Assembly: GCA_963718895.1 (NCBI GenBank)
Contig: CAVRAG010000008.1
Location: 384,001-448,000, forward strand
Length of the DNA stretch: 64,000 bases
From: an uncultured Nitrososphaerota archaeon
Lineage (GTDB): Archaea; Thermoproteota; Nitrososphaeria; Nitrososphaerales; Gagatemarchaeaceae
Reading direction: 5' to 3'
Positions within the stretch are counted from its first letter, which is position 1, and each line of letters begins with the position of its first letter. The translations under genes were made by a program, and so were the position numbers. This document shows, one piece after another, positions 19,059 to 29,249 of this stretch. Under the pieces are notes generated by a model that saw only the letters and a program-made list of their open reading frames with translations, made no database searches and was not told the origin of the DNA.

Positions 19059-20048
19059 TTAAGCGTGTGATTGGTCGAGGCCCTTCGCCCTCAGCCAGTC
19101 GTCGTTGTAGAACTTCGACACGTACCCCCTGCCCGTGTCGGGAAGTATCACGACGATCTCCTCTAGGGACCCGTTGGCGCTTGCGAACCTCAGAGCACCT
19201 GCGACAGCGGCCCCGGATGAACCTCCCGCGAATATCCCCTCCTCTCGCGCAAGCCTTAGGGTGACTGCGGCAGTCTCCCTGTCGGAGACCTGGATTATCT
19301 GATCCACCACGCTCTCGTCGTAGGTCGCGGGGATGAAGTCCTCTCCGATTCCCTCGACGGCGTACTGATGGAGCGGGTAGTCGGTTCCGTACTTCTTGTT
19401 GTGGTAGATTGAGCCCTCGGGCTCGACCCCGACTATTCTCACGTCCCCTCTCACCTCCTTGAGAAACCGACCCGCCCCGGAGATTGTGCCCCCCGTGCCG
19501 ACGCAGACGACCAGGGCGTCGATTCTCCCGCCAGTCTGCTCCCATATCTCAGGGCCGGTCGTCGCGTAGTGCGCTTCGGGGTTCCCTGGGTTCGTGTACT
19601 GGTCCGGCATATAGGCACCCTGGACTTCCTTGCTCAGGCGCCGCGCGACGTTGATGTAGTGTTCGGGCGAGTCGTGAGCGGCTCCGGTCGGCGTCACTAT
19701 CACCTCGGCGCCGAATGCCCGGAGGATGGCCCGCTTCTCCTCGCTGACCTTGTCGGGCATGGTGAAGATCGTCTTGTAGCCCCGCACCGCCGCCAGCATC
19801 GCGAGACCGAACCCCGTGTTCCCGGAGGTCGGCTCCACTATCGTGCCACCCTCTCTGAGCAGTCCCTTTGCTTCGGCGTCCTTGACGAGGAAGGAGGCTA
19901 TCCTGTCCTTGACCGAGCCTCCCGGGTTCATGAACTCGAGCTTGGCGAACAGGTGGGGCCTCAGGCCTTTGCCGACCTTCCCGAGTCGGACCATCGGCGT
20001 GTGGCCGATCACTCCGAGGATGTCCTCTGCAGGTCTGAATCCGTCCAT
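19059..20048 (-). CDS. Cysteine synthase / cystathionine beta-synthase
   Basis: NPGGSVKDR, EPTSGNTG and GTGGT motifs; paired with the gamma-lyase (reverse transsulfuration layout); start uncertain. Confidence 0.92.
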   Translation of the reverse strand: MDGFRPAEDILGVIGHTPMVRLGKVGKGLRPHLFAKLEFMNPGGSVKDRIASFLVKDAEAKGLLREGGTIVEPTSGNTGFGLAMLAAVRGYKTIFTMPDKVSEEKRAILRAFGAEVIVTPTGAAHDSPEHYINVARRLSKEVQGAYMPDQYTNPGNPEAHYATTGPEIWEQTGGRIDALVVCVGTGGTISGAGRFLKEVRGDVRIVGVEPEGSIYHNKKYGTDYPLHQYAVEGIGEDFIPATYDESVVDQIIQVSDRETAAVTLRLAREEGIFAGGSSGAAVAGALRFASANGSLEEIVVILPDTGRGYVSKFYNDDWLRAKGLDQSHA

Positions 20049-20151
20049 CTTGCAGCCTTCGCCGCGGCGGTCGTCTATTAACGGTTCGGCTCCGTCGGGA
20101 AGAAATCTCGCAGACGATTTATAAACGGGCCCGGGCTGCACAGGTTCGGCC

Positions 20152-21082
20152 TTGGCGGTCATAGAAGTCTCCTCCTTGAAGAAGGCCTATGGCAGCCTCC
20201 AGGCGGTCGACTCGATATCGTTCACGGTCAACGAGGGGGAGGTCTTCTCTCTTCTCGGTCCCAACGGGGCCGGGAAGACGACTACCATCGAGATACTCGA
20301 AGGCCTCAGAGAGAGGGACGGAGGCCAGGTCAGCGTGCTGGGACTCGACCCATGGAAGGAAGGCGAGGCGCTCCACAAGCGAATAGGGGTGATCCCCCAA
20401 GGCTTTACCTTCCTGCCCTACATCACGCCGAGAGAGGCCGTGAAATACTACGCTAGTCTCTTCGACGTGGCCGTCGACCCAGACGAGATACTTCGGAGGG
20501 TGATCCTGCAGGACTCCGCGTCGATGTACTTCATGAAGCTCTCGGGAGGCCAGAAGCAGAAGATGGGGCTCGCCCTCTCCCTCGTGAACAAGCCCGACTT
20601 CGTCTTCCTGGACGAGCCGACCACCGGTCTGGACCCGCAGGCGAGGAGGGCCGTGTGGGATGTGATAAGGAACCTCAAGAGCGAGGGGATCAGCGTCCTC
20701 CTGACGACTCACTATCTCGAGGAGGCAGAGGAGCTGGCGGACAAGGTCGCCATAATGAACAAGGGGAAGATAATCACCGCGGGCACTCCGGCCCAGATAA
20801 TCTCTGAGCACGGCTCTGGAGAGAAGATCAAGGTTCGGGGCGGCCAAAGCCTGGCAGACTACCTGAAGAAGAACACCGGCCTCGAGGTGGATCTTCTGGA
20901 CAAGACGATAACCGTGAGGCTCAAGAACAAGGAGGACACTCTGCTGGTCCTGGAGGCCATCGGCAGGTCGGGAGAGAGTTGGAGCGACCTGACTGTGACG
21001 CCGCGACAGCCTCGAGGACGTCTTCGTGAGGCTGGTCGGCTCAAGGATAAGCGAGGAGGGGCAGGCGGCCCAGGTGAACTAA
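20152..21082 (+). CDS. ABC-2 exporter ATP-binding protein (frameshift near 21000)
   Basis: GPNGAGKT, LSGGQ and FLDEPT; the SLEDVF C-terminus in a shifted frame ends at TAA 21082. Confidence 0.92.
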
Positions 21083-22174
21083 ATGGGCGGCGCAAAGAGA
21101 TTCTGGGCGGACCTGGTAACCTTCGCGCACAGCTACACTCGCAGCAGGATAGGGCTTTTCTTCGGCCTCGCGTTCCCGGTCATCCTGATCCTGCTCTTCG
21201 GCGCCATCTTCTCGGGGAACGGCTCCGGAACGGCACAGGTCTACGCCCAGAACCTTGACAACGGGCCGGTCGGCTCCGAGTTTCTGGGAGTGCTGAACCA
21301 GACCGGCTTGCAGATCACGCTAGTCCCGAGCAGCCAGAACTTCTCCCAGTACCTCCTGTCCCACTCATCCTCGGATGGGTTGGTGATCCCGTCCACCTTC
21401 AGCGCGGCGTACGCCTCAGGGTCTCCCGTGAACCTGACGGAGTACTGGAACCCGTCCTCATCGACGAGCCAAATCGTCTTCGGCGTGACCAACGGCGTCG
21501 TCAACGCCTTCAACCTCCACCGGGTAAACGGAACACAGGTCTTGAGCGTCAATCGTCTGACCATCGCCTCTCAGTCCTACAAGTACATCGACTTCCTCAT
21601 ACCCGGGATGATAGGGTTCGCCATTCTGGTCAGCCCGATGTTTGCACTCGTCAATATCAGCAGCCAGTACAAGCGGGACAAGATATTCAAGCAGCTCTCC
21701 CTCACCCCCCTGACCAAGACCGACTGGCTACTGGCCAAGATAGGCTTCTACATCATCATGACCCTAGCGTCCTTCGTGCTGATGTCAGCGTTCGGGGTCC
21801 TGGCCTTCGGGGCGCACATCACGCTCACGCCATGGATCATCCCGTTCCTGCTCATCGGTCCGTTCCTGTTCGTCTCCCTCGGCATGCTCGTCGGGACAGT
21901 CTCCACCAGCGTCGAGTCAGCGGCGGTCGTCGGCAATCTGATTACATTCCCCATGATGTTCCTCTCCGGGACTTTCTTCCCTGTCAACACCATGCCGACG
22001 TACCTGCAGAACGTGGCGCACATCCTGCCCCTATTCTATGTGATAGAGGGTCTGAACAACGTGATGATCTACGGGAACTACAACGCTGCGATCACCGACA
22101 TCGCCGTCCTTGTGGTGATCTCGGCAGTTGTCTTCTTCCTCGCGGTACGATTCTTCAAGTGGCGCGAGGACTAG
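21083..22174 (+). CDS. ABC-2 type permease
   Basis: YIDFLIPG and FLSGTFFP motifs, TM helices. Confidence 0.92.
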   Translation: MGGAKRFWADLVTFAHSYTRSRIGLFFGLAFPVILILLFGAIFSGNGSGTAQVYAQNLDNGPVGSEFLGVLNQTGLQITLVPSSQNFSQYLLSHSSSDGLVIPSTFSAAYASGSPVNLTEYWNPSSSTSQIVFGVTNGVVNAFNLHRVNGTQVLSVNRLTIASQSYKYIDFLIPGMIGFAILVSPMFALVNISSQYKRDKIFKQLSLTPLTKTDWLLAKIGFYIIMTLASFVLMSAFGVLAFGAHITLTPWIIPFLLIGPFLFVSLGMLVGTVSTSVESAAVVGNLITFPMMFLSGTFFPVNTMPTYLQNVAHILPLFYVIEGLNNVMIYGNYNAAITDIAVLVVISAVVFFLAVRFFKWRED

Positions 22175-22247
22175 GCGTTCCAGCCAGAGCGGAACGATTA
22201 CCCCCAGAAAGCCATTATACCGAATCGAGACTGGTCGAGACGAGCGA

Positions 22248-22335
22248 GCGGGGGTCGCCCAGCCTGGCCAACGGCGCGGGGCTTAGGACCCCGTCCCTTA
22301 GGGGTTCGTGGGTTCGAATCCCACCCCCCGCACCA
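22248..22335 (+). tRNA. tRNA-Leu(TAG), CCA encoded
   Basis: Acceptor GCGGGGG/CCCCCGC, anticodon arm CGGGG-CT-TAG-GA-CCCCG, long variable arm, GGTTCGAATCC T-loop. Confidence 0.96.
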
Positions 22336-22597
22336 CACGCCATGTGTACATCCGTATCAAAAGGTCTACACATAGTTTCTGGCTTTGCCGAACCTTCATG
22401 AAGGTGGCTTGATACCTCGTATCGTGGTGCGTCGTTGAACATTGCGTGCGCATCTCTGTGGCTTGCAGACTCAACTCATAGATCGTCGAACTCTTGAGCG
22501 GCTACTCACACTTCCAATTAAGATGGTGCATGAAATCATACAATCGGCTAGAGAATTCTCGGAAGGAACGGATGAAAACGGCAAAGGAGGTTGCTCG

Positions 22598-23362
22598 CTA
22601 CCCAGCGTTGAAGGGAAGCAACACCATATCTCCCCATTCGTCGACACCGACTATTGTGTACAATCCCGGGTCGAAGGGATGAAAGGTTCCGGGGTGTGAG
22701 TAGCTTCCCGTCCAGTATCCATTGGTCGTTAGGGTTCCACTTACAGCGAGGAATTCAGTTATATTCGGCCCCGGCTGAGCATATTCGCTGGTCGGTTTGA
22801 ACAAATAATATCCGGCGCTGAAAGGACCACAGCCTGCAGTGCCTGTGAGAGGAGCAAGGAAAAGTGATCCGGATGACGCGGAAGAGATATTGTCCTGCGT
22901 GTAGTATCCCCTGAGCAACGTGACGCCTCCAGGGAAGATGCATTCCAAAGCAGGCACCAGAGTGAGGTTAGCCTCAGGCCAGCGCCAGTCCGAGCCGATT
23001 GAGATGTTGTTCTCAGAGTGGAGCGTATTGATAACTTCCACCCCGATGATAATCTCCTGTCCCGTGTTGATTTCCGTGGCGTTGACGGAGAGGGACAGTC
23101 GCAACCCCAACCCATCCAGGAGACTGGCGTTCTCGGAGTTGCCGGTGAGTGAAGTTGTCTGCGTGGTCGTGAACCCGGTTGAGGTCTTCTGGGATGTCTC
23201 TGTCGAGGATGGGGTCGTTCTGAGAGAAGTCGTCGAAGAGCTCGTCGTTGGTGACGGGCTCGAATCGGATACTGTCGGAGGTACATTATTCGGCAGAGCA
23301 ACCGTGACTAGAAGTATGAGAGCGGCTAGCACGACCGCGACTACTACGTAGGGCAGCTTCAT
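22598..23362 (-). CDS. Membrane-anchored S/T-rich extracellular protein of unknown function
   Basis: N-terminal TM helix, S/T linker, C-terminal YTIVGVDEWG; overlaps the upstream gene's stop. Confidence 0.75.
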   Translation of the reverse strand: MKLPYVVVAVVLAALILLVTVALPNNVPPTVSDSSPSPTTSSSTTSLRTTPSSTETSQKTSTGFTTTQTTSLTGNSENASLLDGLGLRLSLSVNATEINTGQEIIIGVEVINTLHSENNISIGSDWRWPEANLTLVPALECIFPGGVTLLRGYYTQDNISSASSGSLFLAPLTGTAGCGPFSAGYYLFKPTSEYAQPGPNITEFLAVSGTLTTNGYWTGSYSHPGTFHPFDPGLYTIVGVDEWGDMVLLPFNAG

Positions 23363-24510
23363 GTACCCTGGCCAGTGTTGTATGTCTCGCTAAACGAATT
23401 CGAAGATCCGACCGCTGTCGTGTTTATGTTGGTGTAGCCGCTGTTCTTCATCACATATTGGGTGTACCAACCATTGGAATATGGTGTGTAGATGCCTTTG
23501 GCGGACCCTCCGTAGTACATGCTCCCGGAGACGGCGACCGTCGTGAACTTGGGCAGCGTCGCGAAGGATAGGCCCTCGCTTGGCCTCTCCAGCAAGAACT
23601 CAGCCAGACGAGGTGTTCCAATTCCGCTGTCGGCGTGACCCGTTACAGTGCACGACTGGTCGATTGTGCTGTCCGTTATCTCCAAGTTCCATAGCGATGT
23701 ATTTCCTCCGGTTATTCCTTGGTTGAGGACATAGGCCTCGATGGAATCGCCGGATCCCGAATGGCTGTTGCATATGATTCTCATCCCTTCTTGGGGATAG
23801 AACTCATACCACATGTTGTACCCTGCTATGCAACTCACCGAGCCACAGGTGAGGTTTGATTCGGTACCAGCTTGGGCCACCCCCGTTCCACCACCGGTTG
23901 TACGTACGAGTCCCGGCCAGACGAGGACACTGCAGATTAGGCCTCCCGTGCAGGCTCCACTATAGGGCTGGCTGACCGAGGGAATCGACCAGTCAGCAAT
24001 GCCCTCATAGACATACGTTGTGTCGTCAGCGTTCCCTGCCATCTCGTAGCCAGACCAATAGGTATTGGTCGTGGCAGTGCCGGAACTAACTTGGATTGAG
24101 ACGCCCACTACTTGATTGGCTTCCGGATTCTCGCGCACAATAACGTAGCCGGCATTTTCCGTCGCATTTCGGAGTTGGAATACGATGTTCACTGCCGTTA
24201 AGGCTACGTGGCAGCTGGAGTCGAACGACCATGAATCGAAAACGCTGTCAAATGACGCCTTGTAAGTTACGGTGACACTGGAGAATTGCCAAGATCCTTC
24301 AGCAAGGAGGACAGCAGAGCCTTGCTGAAATGATTGCGCCTCGATGTTCGCAGCTTGCGAGATTTGTTGCGCACATCCTGTCAACTGACTCTGCGTCTGC
24401 TCTGCGGAAGCTGTCCCCCCGCCCATGGTCGGGGTGAGTAGGAAAAGGGCCAATAGGCATGCACCAAGCGTTCTCCTTGCGTACCTATCTAGGTTGACCT
24501 TCCCTATCAT
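23359..24510 (-). CDS. Secreted G1-family glutamic peptidase (eqolisin-like)
   Basis: Signal peptide; YWSGY, VWPGL, AQAGT, WYEFYP and AEFLLERP match the G1 motif order including the catalytic Q and E. Confidence 0.75.
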   Translation of the reverse strand: MIGKVNLDRYARRTLGACLLALFLLTPTMGGGTASAEQTQSQLTGCAQQISQAANIEAQSFQQGSAVLLAEGSWQFSSVTVTYKASFDSVFDSWSFDSSCHVALTAVNIVFQLRNATENAGYVIVRENPEANQVVGVSIQVSSGTATTNTYWSGYEMAGNADDTTYVYEGIADWSIPSVSQPYSGACTGGLICSVLVWPGLVRTTGGGTGVAQAGTESNLTCGSVSCIAGYNMWYEFYPQEGMRIICNSHSGSGDSIEAYVLNQGITGGNTSLWNLEITDSTIDQSCTVTGHADSGIGTPRLAEFLLERPSEGLSFATLPKFTTVAVSGSMYYGGSAKGIYTPYSNGWYTQYVMKNSGYTNINTTAVGSSNSFSETYNTGQGT

Positions 24511-25492
24511 AGAAATGAATATGCGTCTCCGTTCTTAAATGGATTGTCCATATGGAATGCTTATTCGTTCGTGGAAAGATAACGCGTGCCCCGCAAGTCG
24601 AGTTGCCGATAGCCCCGTTTGGGCTTATCCCCGGAAATACAATCAAATGTTGGCCAATCATCTGTACTCACGAACCGCCTGCTAGAACTTCCCCTGTTGA
24701 TTATTGATTAGGAGCCAGAAACTGCTTCCAAATCTACGTCCCATCATCGGCCGCGGCAACCAGTTCTCAAACCCATGTATCATTGCGAATTCAGCCTTTG
24801 ACTATAGGTCGAAGTACATGTGTACCAAAAGGTCTACATATAATTCCCGGGTATCTGTCCCTATACAAGTAGAATTCATGTCAGGCCAACGGTTAGGGTC
24901 CGAAGGGACTCGAAACCCCTCGGCAGACTGCCATAGCTTCGAACCCGAAGGTCTAAATTCTCACCCCCCGCACCAAGACCCACATCGCACGGAACTGTGC
25001 CGCCCTCTGAGCCCCGCGACCTTGCCGTCGCTCGAGTCCGACCTTAGAACACCGGTCTACTTCATCGACTTTGCGTAGTCGATCATTCCCTGGAAGACAA
25101 CGACGACCTCTGGTTCCTTTCCCACCACCCAAGCGTCGTGACCAGGTGGCACGAATGAAATCTCTCCCGCCTTTACATCCTTGGTGGTACCGTCGTCCAT
25201 CTTGATCCGCAACGTCCCGGCCGGGTGATGCTGGAAGCGCGGCGCTTCGCAACTTTCGGGCTCCTGAACTAGAGGAACGGGCCGAATCTCACTCGGGCGC
25301 TGGACTCACGGCATCCTGGCTTGGGCAAGGGGGACGGGATACGGGGACAGGAGGGGGCTGGACGATCTGGTGAGAGAAAAGCTTGGCCGGCCATCACCTG
25401 CTGAGCGGGGTCGACGGGACCTCAATGTGCTTCGAGGCCGAGAGGTCTGTGACCAGAAGACTCATATTTTGAGCTCGGTCGAACTGGTACCG

Positions 25493-25966
25493 ATGCACTA
25501 CTACACGGTGCACTACAGGTTCAGCCAGAGCTTTCCTTTTCCGGTGAAGGACGCCTACGACTGGGCAACGGACTACGACACCGACGACATCGGCCTCATG
25601 GGCATGGACGGGAAGCGCGAGATAGAGAGGTTAGACGGGGACACCCTGATCCTCAACGACACGTTCTTCTCCAAAGGCCGGACCACCAAGAAACGCAGGC
25701 TGGTCAGGCTCTTTCCAGAGCTGATGATGCTGACCAACACGCGTCTCACGGGCGCAATCAAGCACTCGCAGTTCATCTATCAGTTCGTCGCAGAGGGGGA
25801 TTCCCGGTCCCGTCTCGACTTCACGGGGGCTCAGGTAAACAGGTCTTCGACCCGACCCACGGCGAAGAAGGTAGCGGCCCAGGCCGCCGAGTATGCCAAG
25901 GTCGACTCGGCGCTCTGGGTCAACCTCGCGAAGGCGATGCAGGAGGACCTCGGCGCGGCGCCGTGA
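25493..25966 (+). CDS. Hypothetical protein (possible SRPBCC/START-like fold)
   Basis: Host-like codon usage; FPVKDAYDWATDY resembles SRPBCC N-termini. Confidence 0.55.
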   Translation: MHYYTVHYRFSQSFPFPVKDAYDWATDYDTDDIGLMGMDGKREIERLDGDTLILNDTFFSKGRTTKKRRLVRLFPELMMLTNTRLTGAIKHSQFIYQFVAEGDSRSRLDFTGAQVNRSSTRPTAKKVAAQAAEYAKVDSALWVNLAKAMQEDLGAAP

Positions 25967-27770
25967 CGTTGTACATCACGAAGCCCAGGGCCGACGAATA
26001 GCCCTCTATCCTGTTCTGAAGTTTGACCAGGCCGTGCCCTTCGTCGTCGAACGCGATGAGGTGGGATTCCCTGCCCAGGTTCTGCATCGTCTGCATGATC
26101 TGACCCGCCTCGCCTATGGGGACGCGAGGGTCGTTCCGTCCGTGGATCATGAAGAGGGGGGCCCTGATGAGGTGCGCGTTGTTGTTGGGTGAGATGGACT
26201 CGAGGAACTCACGGTCCTTCTCAGGGTCGCCGTACTCGGCAATCCTGAGCTTGCGCCGCCAGGGTCCCGTGTTGTTGAGGAAGGTCACGAAGTTGGAGAT
26301 GCCCACGATGTCGACGCCGGCGGCCCACATTTCAGGGTAGGCGTAGAGGCAGGCGAGCACCATGAAGCCGCCGTACGACCCTCCCCACGCGACCACCTCA
26401 TCTGGGTCGATCGGGGTCAGCCTCTGCGCCTCGGCGACCGCGGCGACAGAATCCTTCACCGTATCCATCCGCTTCCGGACGTCGTCAAGGTGGGTGAACG
26501 TCCGACCGTATCCCGTGCTGCCTCTGAAGTTCGGGGCAACGACGGCGAATCCGAGCCGGATGAAGAACTGTATCAGAGGGCTGAACCCGGGTCTGAACTG
26601 GCTCTCGGGTCCGCCGTGGAGGTAGAGAAGGAGGGGCCGCTGGCCCTCTCCCGACGGCCTGTAGAGGAAGGCTGGTATCGACAGACCGTCGAACGAGCTG
26701 TACCTCACCAGCTGCGCGTCGACGAATTCGGAGTCCGGGATGCCGCAGGAAGAGCTCTTGGTCAGCCGCTTGAGCGAGCCGGTGGAGACGTCCAGGATCC
26801 AGACGTCGGGATTCGTTCTGGACGAAGAGAGAGTTAGGGCCAGTCTGTCTCCCCCGTTCGACCATGCGAGACCGCCGATAACGGACTTTGGGACCGTGAT
26901 CGGAACAGGCGCATCCTCACCCTTCTTCCAGACCATCAGACGTGAGTACCCGTCCTCGTTCACCGTGAAAGCGAGCGCGCCTCCCCTCTGCGCGACCGAG
27001 AGGCCCTCCAGTTCCCATTCCTCGGTGTAGACGTACCCCAAGGACCCGTCGCCCAGGTCGATCTTAGCGAGCCCCGGAAATTCCCTCCCCTGGTCGGTAA
27101 TGCAGTAGACGTACCGGCCGGAGGGGTCGAAGGCGGGCGAAAGGTAGCTGGCCTCATCTTCGTGGGGGGTCAGAAGCCGGACTGATCGATCCTTCAGGCT
27201 CAGGAGGTAGAGGTCATGGTTGAAGGGGCCGAGCATCCGGGAGAACAGTATCGAAGACGAGTCGGGAGACCACCCGATCGGGTAGTTGTTCCCGTCATGG
27301 GAATAGACGAGCTCGGAGGACTCGGCTGTGAGGGACCTTGTGTAGATGTCGAAGAAGGACCTGTCCCTCGCGTTGGATGAGAAGCATATCGACTTCTCGT
27401 CCGGGGACCAGTCGCCCCAGTTGTGGACGACGCCGGGATCCTTCGTGAGCTCGGTGAGCTTCTCGCCGCCCTCCTCGAGCAGGTTGATCTGGAACCTCTC
27501 GTTCCCGCCCGAGTCGACGCCGAAGGCGATGGTCTCACTCCTCTTCGCGTAGCTCAGGAACCCCACCCTCTCCTGTCCTAGGCTGATTTGCTGGGGCCAG
27601 GCACCGTCCTCCAGCGACACAGTCCAGATCTGCGGGACTCCGGTCAGGTCCGACAGGAACGCTACCCTTTGATCGTCGGGGGAGAACTGTGCCGAGGACG
27701 ATGACTTGATTGAGAGGTATCTCTGCAACTCGTACCTGAGCTTCTGAAGAGCCGGGGAGGGGGTCTCCAC
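25920..27770 (-). CDS. S9-family serine peptidase (acylaminoacyl/prolyl oligopeptidase)
   Basis: Beta-propeller WSPD repeats, HGGPE, GGSYGG, DPRVP and DEGHG. Confidence 0.94.
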   Translation of the reverse strand: METPSPALQKLRYELQRYLSIKSSSSAQFSPDDQRVAFLSDLTGVPQIWTVSLEDGAWPQQISLGQERVGFLSYAKRSETIAFGVDSGGNERFQINLLEEGGEKLTELTKDPGVVHNWGDWSPDEKSICFSSNARDRSFFDIYTRSLTAESSELVYSHDGNNYPIGWSPDSSSILFSRMLGPFNHDLYLLSLKDRSVRLLTPHEDEASYLSPAFDPSGRYVYCITDQGREFPGLAKIDLGDGSLGYVYTEEWELEGLSVAQRGGALAFTVNEDGYSRLMVWKKGEDAPVPITVPKSVIGGLAWSNGGDRLALTLSSSRTNPDVWILDVSTGSLKRLTKSSSCGIPDSEFVDAQLVRYSSFDGLSIPAFLYRPSGEGQRPLLLYLHGGPESQFRPGFSPLIQFFIRLGFAVVAPNFRGSTGYGRTFTHLDDVRKRMDTVKDSVAAVAEAQRLTPIDPDEVVAWGGSYGGFMVLACLYAYPEMWAAGVDIVGISNFVTFLNNTGPWRRKLRIAEYGDPEKDREFLESISPNNNAHLIRAPLFMIHGRNDPRVPIGEAGQIMQTMQNLGRESHLIAFDDEGHGLVKLQNRIEGYSSALGFVMYNVTAPRRGPPASPSRG

Positions 27771-27964
27771 GCTGCACGGGGGCCGTGTCCGGCTCTTAAG
27801 ATTGAGCAGGAGTACGGCAGGACCGCGTGCCGTTCAGACTAGCGCGAGACGGGAAGGCTGCGCGGCCATGGGGGAGGACCCACATGATCGATGCCCAGCC
27901 TCTCAGGGGTCCGACGGCGTGGACACGTTGAAATATCAGGTCACAGCCTGAACCAAAGTTCAGC

Positions 27965-28774
27965 ATGTCCGAAGGTGCAGAGCTCCCAGGGGAGAGTCAG
28001 AACGTCCCGGTCGTCTTCTCTCGAGACATCGTGCTCTTCCCGCACATGGAGGTCACGCTTCCGATAACCGAGAAGCGCAGCGCCGATGCGGTCCTTCGCG
28101 CGCTTAGGGAGAACCATCTCGTTGCTTTCGTACCCTCAGACTTCGAGGGCACGAGCGAAGGGATAGGGACGCTTTCGCTTCTGACCCACAGCGAGACGAC
28201 ACAGGGAGGCGTCCAGGTCAACCTGAGGGGTCTCTGGCGCGTCAGAGTCACGAACCCGCGGGGCCTGGACTCGGAGCAGGTCGTGCGGATCGAGAGGGTA
28301 GAGGAGAGTGAGGATGCCGCCGAGGGCCCGAATCTGATGCGGAGGGTGCAGAGCCAGATATCAGAGCTCGGTGAGATTCTTCCCGAGATCCCTCCAGAGA
28401 TACTCGCACTCCTCAAGAACGCGAAGACGCCTTCTGAGCTCTCCGACCTCTGCGCCATGTCGCCTGCCCTGAGCCACGACGAGAGAGTGGGCCTGCTCAG
28501 GACTCTGGATCCACAAGAGAGGCTCAAGTCTGTAAACAGACACCTAGACACCCAGTTGGAGGTGCTCAGGGCGCTCGCCGAGAGCAAGCCCATCGCCGAC
28601 TGCGAGGTTTGCACCGACCTGGCAGACAGAGCCTTCGACGCGGACCCCACGACCAGGGGGCAGCTGATAATGGAGTTCCTTAACCACGTGGTCAGCAGCC
28701 ACACCGCAGAGCTCCTCGGACTTCTCGCCGAGAAGTACGGCCCGGTCTTCATGAAGAAGCGGTCGCTCCGATAG
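27965..28774 (+). CDS. Stand-alone LON substrate-binding (N-terminal) domain protein
   Basis: RDIVLFPHM and LLRTLDPQERL LonA N-domain motifs, no AAA+ domain; C-terminal CEVC...H-x4-H. Confidence 0.8.
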   Translation: MSEGAELPGESQNVPVVFSRDIVLFPHMEVTLPITEKRSADAVLRALRENHLVAFVPSDFEGTSEGIGTLSLLTHSETTQGGVQVNLRGLWRVRVTNPRGLDSEQVVRIERVEESEDAAEGPNLMRRVQSQISELGEILPEIPPEILALLKNAKTPSELSDLCAMSPALSHDERVGLLRTLDPQERLKSVNRHLDTQLEVLRALAESKPIADCEVCTDLADRAFDADPTTRGQLIMEFLNHVVSSHTAELLGLLAEKYGPVFMKKRSLR

Positions 28775-28800
28775 TTCCGCCCGTCCTCCGGTGCGGGCAG

Positions 28801-29225
28801 TCAGGGGGGCTCGGTCTCGAGGTCGAGCGCGTCGAGCTCCTTCCCGAACCCCCAACTGCGGGCTAGTTCGTCGGCCTCTCTTTCTCTGACCTGGGACTCC
28901 TCGGGAGAGACGTGCTCGTTGAGCCACGCGTGCGCCAGCTCGTGGGCAATGACACCAACCGAGGCCTTCTCCGAGAGCTGTTCCAGAAGGTCGGTGTAGA
29001 AGGTTATGGACTGCACCCCCTCGTCGGTCGCCTTTGCCGAAGGAGAGCTCGCCCCACCTCGTGAGACCGACGAGACCCGGCCTCGGCCCCTTCCGCTTCA
29101 GACTCACCCTCCTCACGCTGCGAAGGGGCGGCGTCTCCGGAGGTATGCTGGCGACCGCTCGCGTCGAAGAGTTCGAGGAACGGGCCGTCCGAGATGCGGA
29201 CATCCGCACTCCCAAGAAAGGGCAT
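28801..29225 (-). CDS. Small HEXXH zincin-like protein (two apparent frameshifts)
   Basis: IAHELAHAWL...READELARSWG; N-terminus reconstructed across frames from ATG 29225. Confidence 0.6.
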
Positions 29226-29249
29226 ACCGAGGCGCACCTTCCGAAGCCC

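Larger units (their letters stand above)
22336..24975. mobile_element. Small integrative islet at tRNA-Leu, no integrase seen
   Basis: tRNA 3' end CACCCCCCGCACCA (22322-22335) repeated at 24962-24975; lower GC interior. Confidence 0.8.

Noticed and set aside
24511-25250. Integrase remnant at the islet's right end
   Set aside because: The short ORFs here show no recognisable tyrosine-recombinase motifs.
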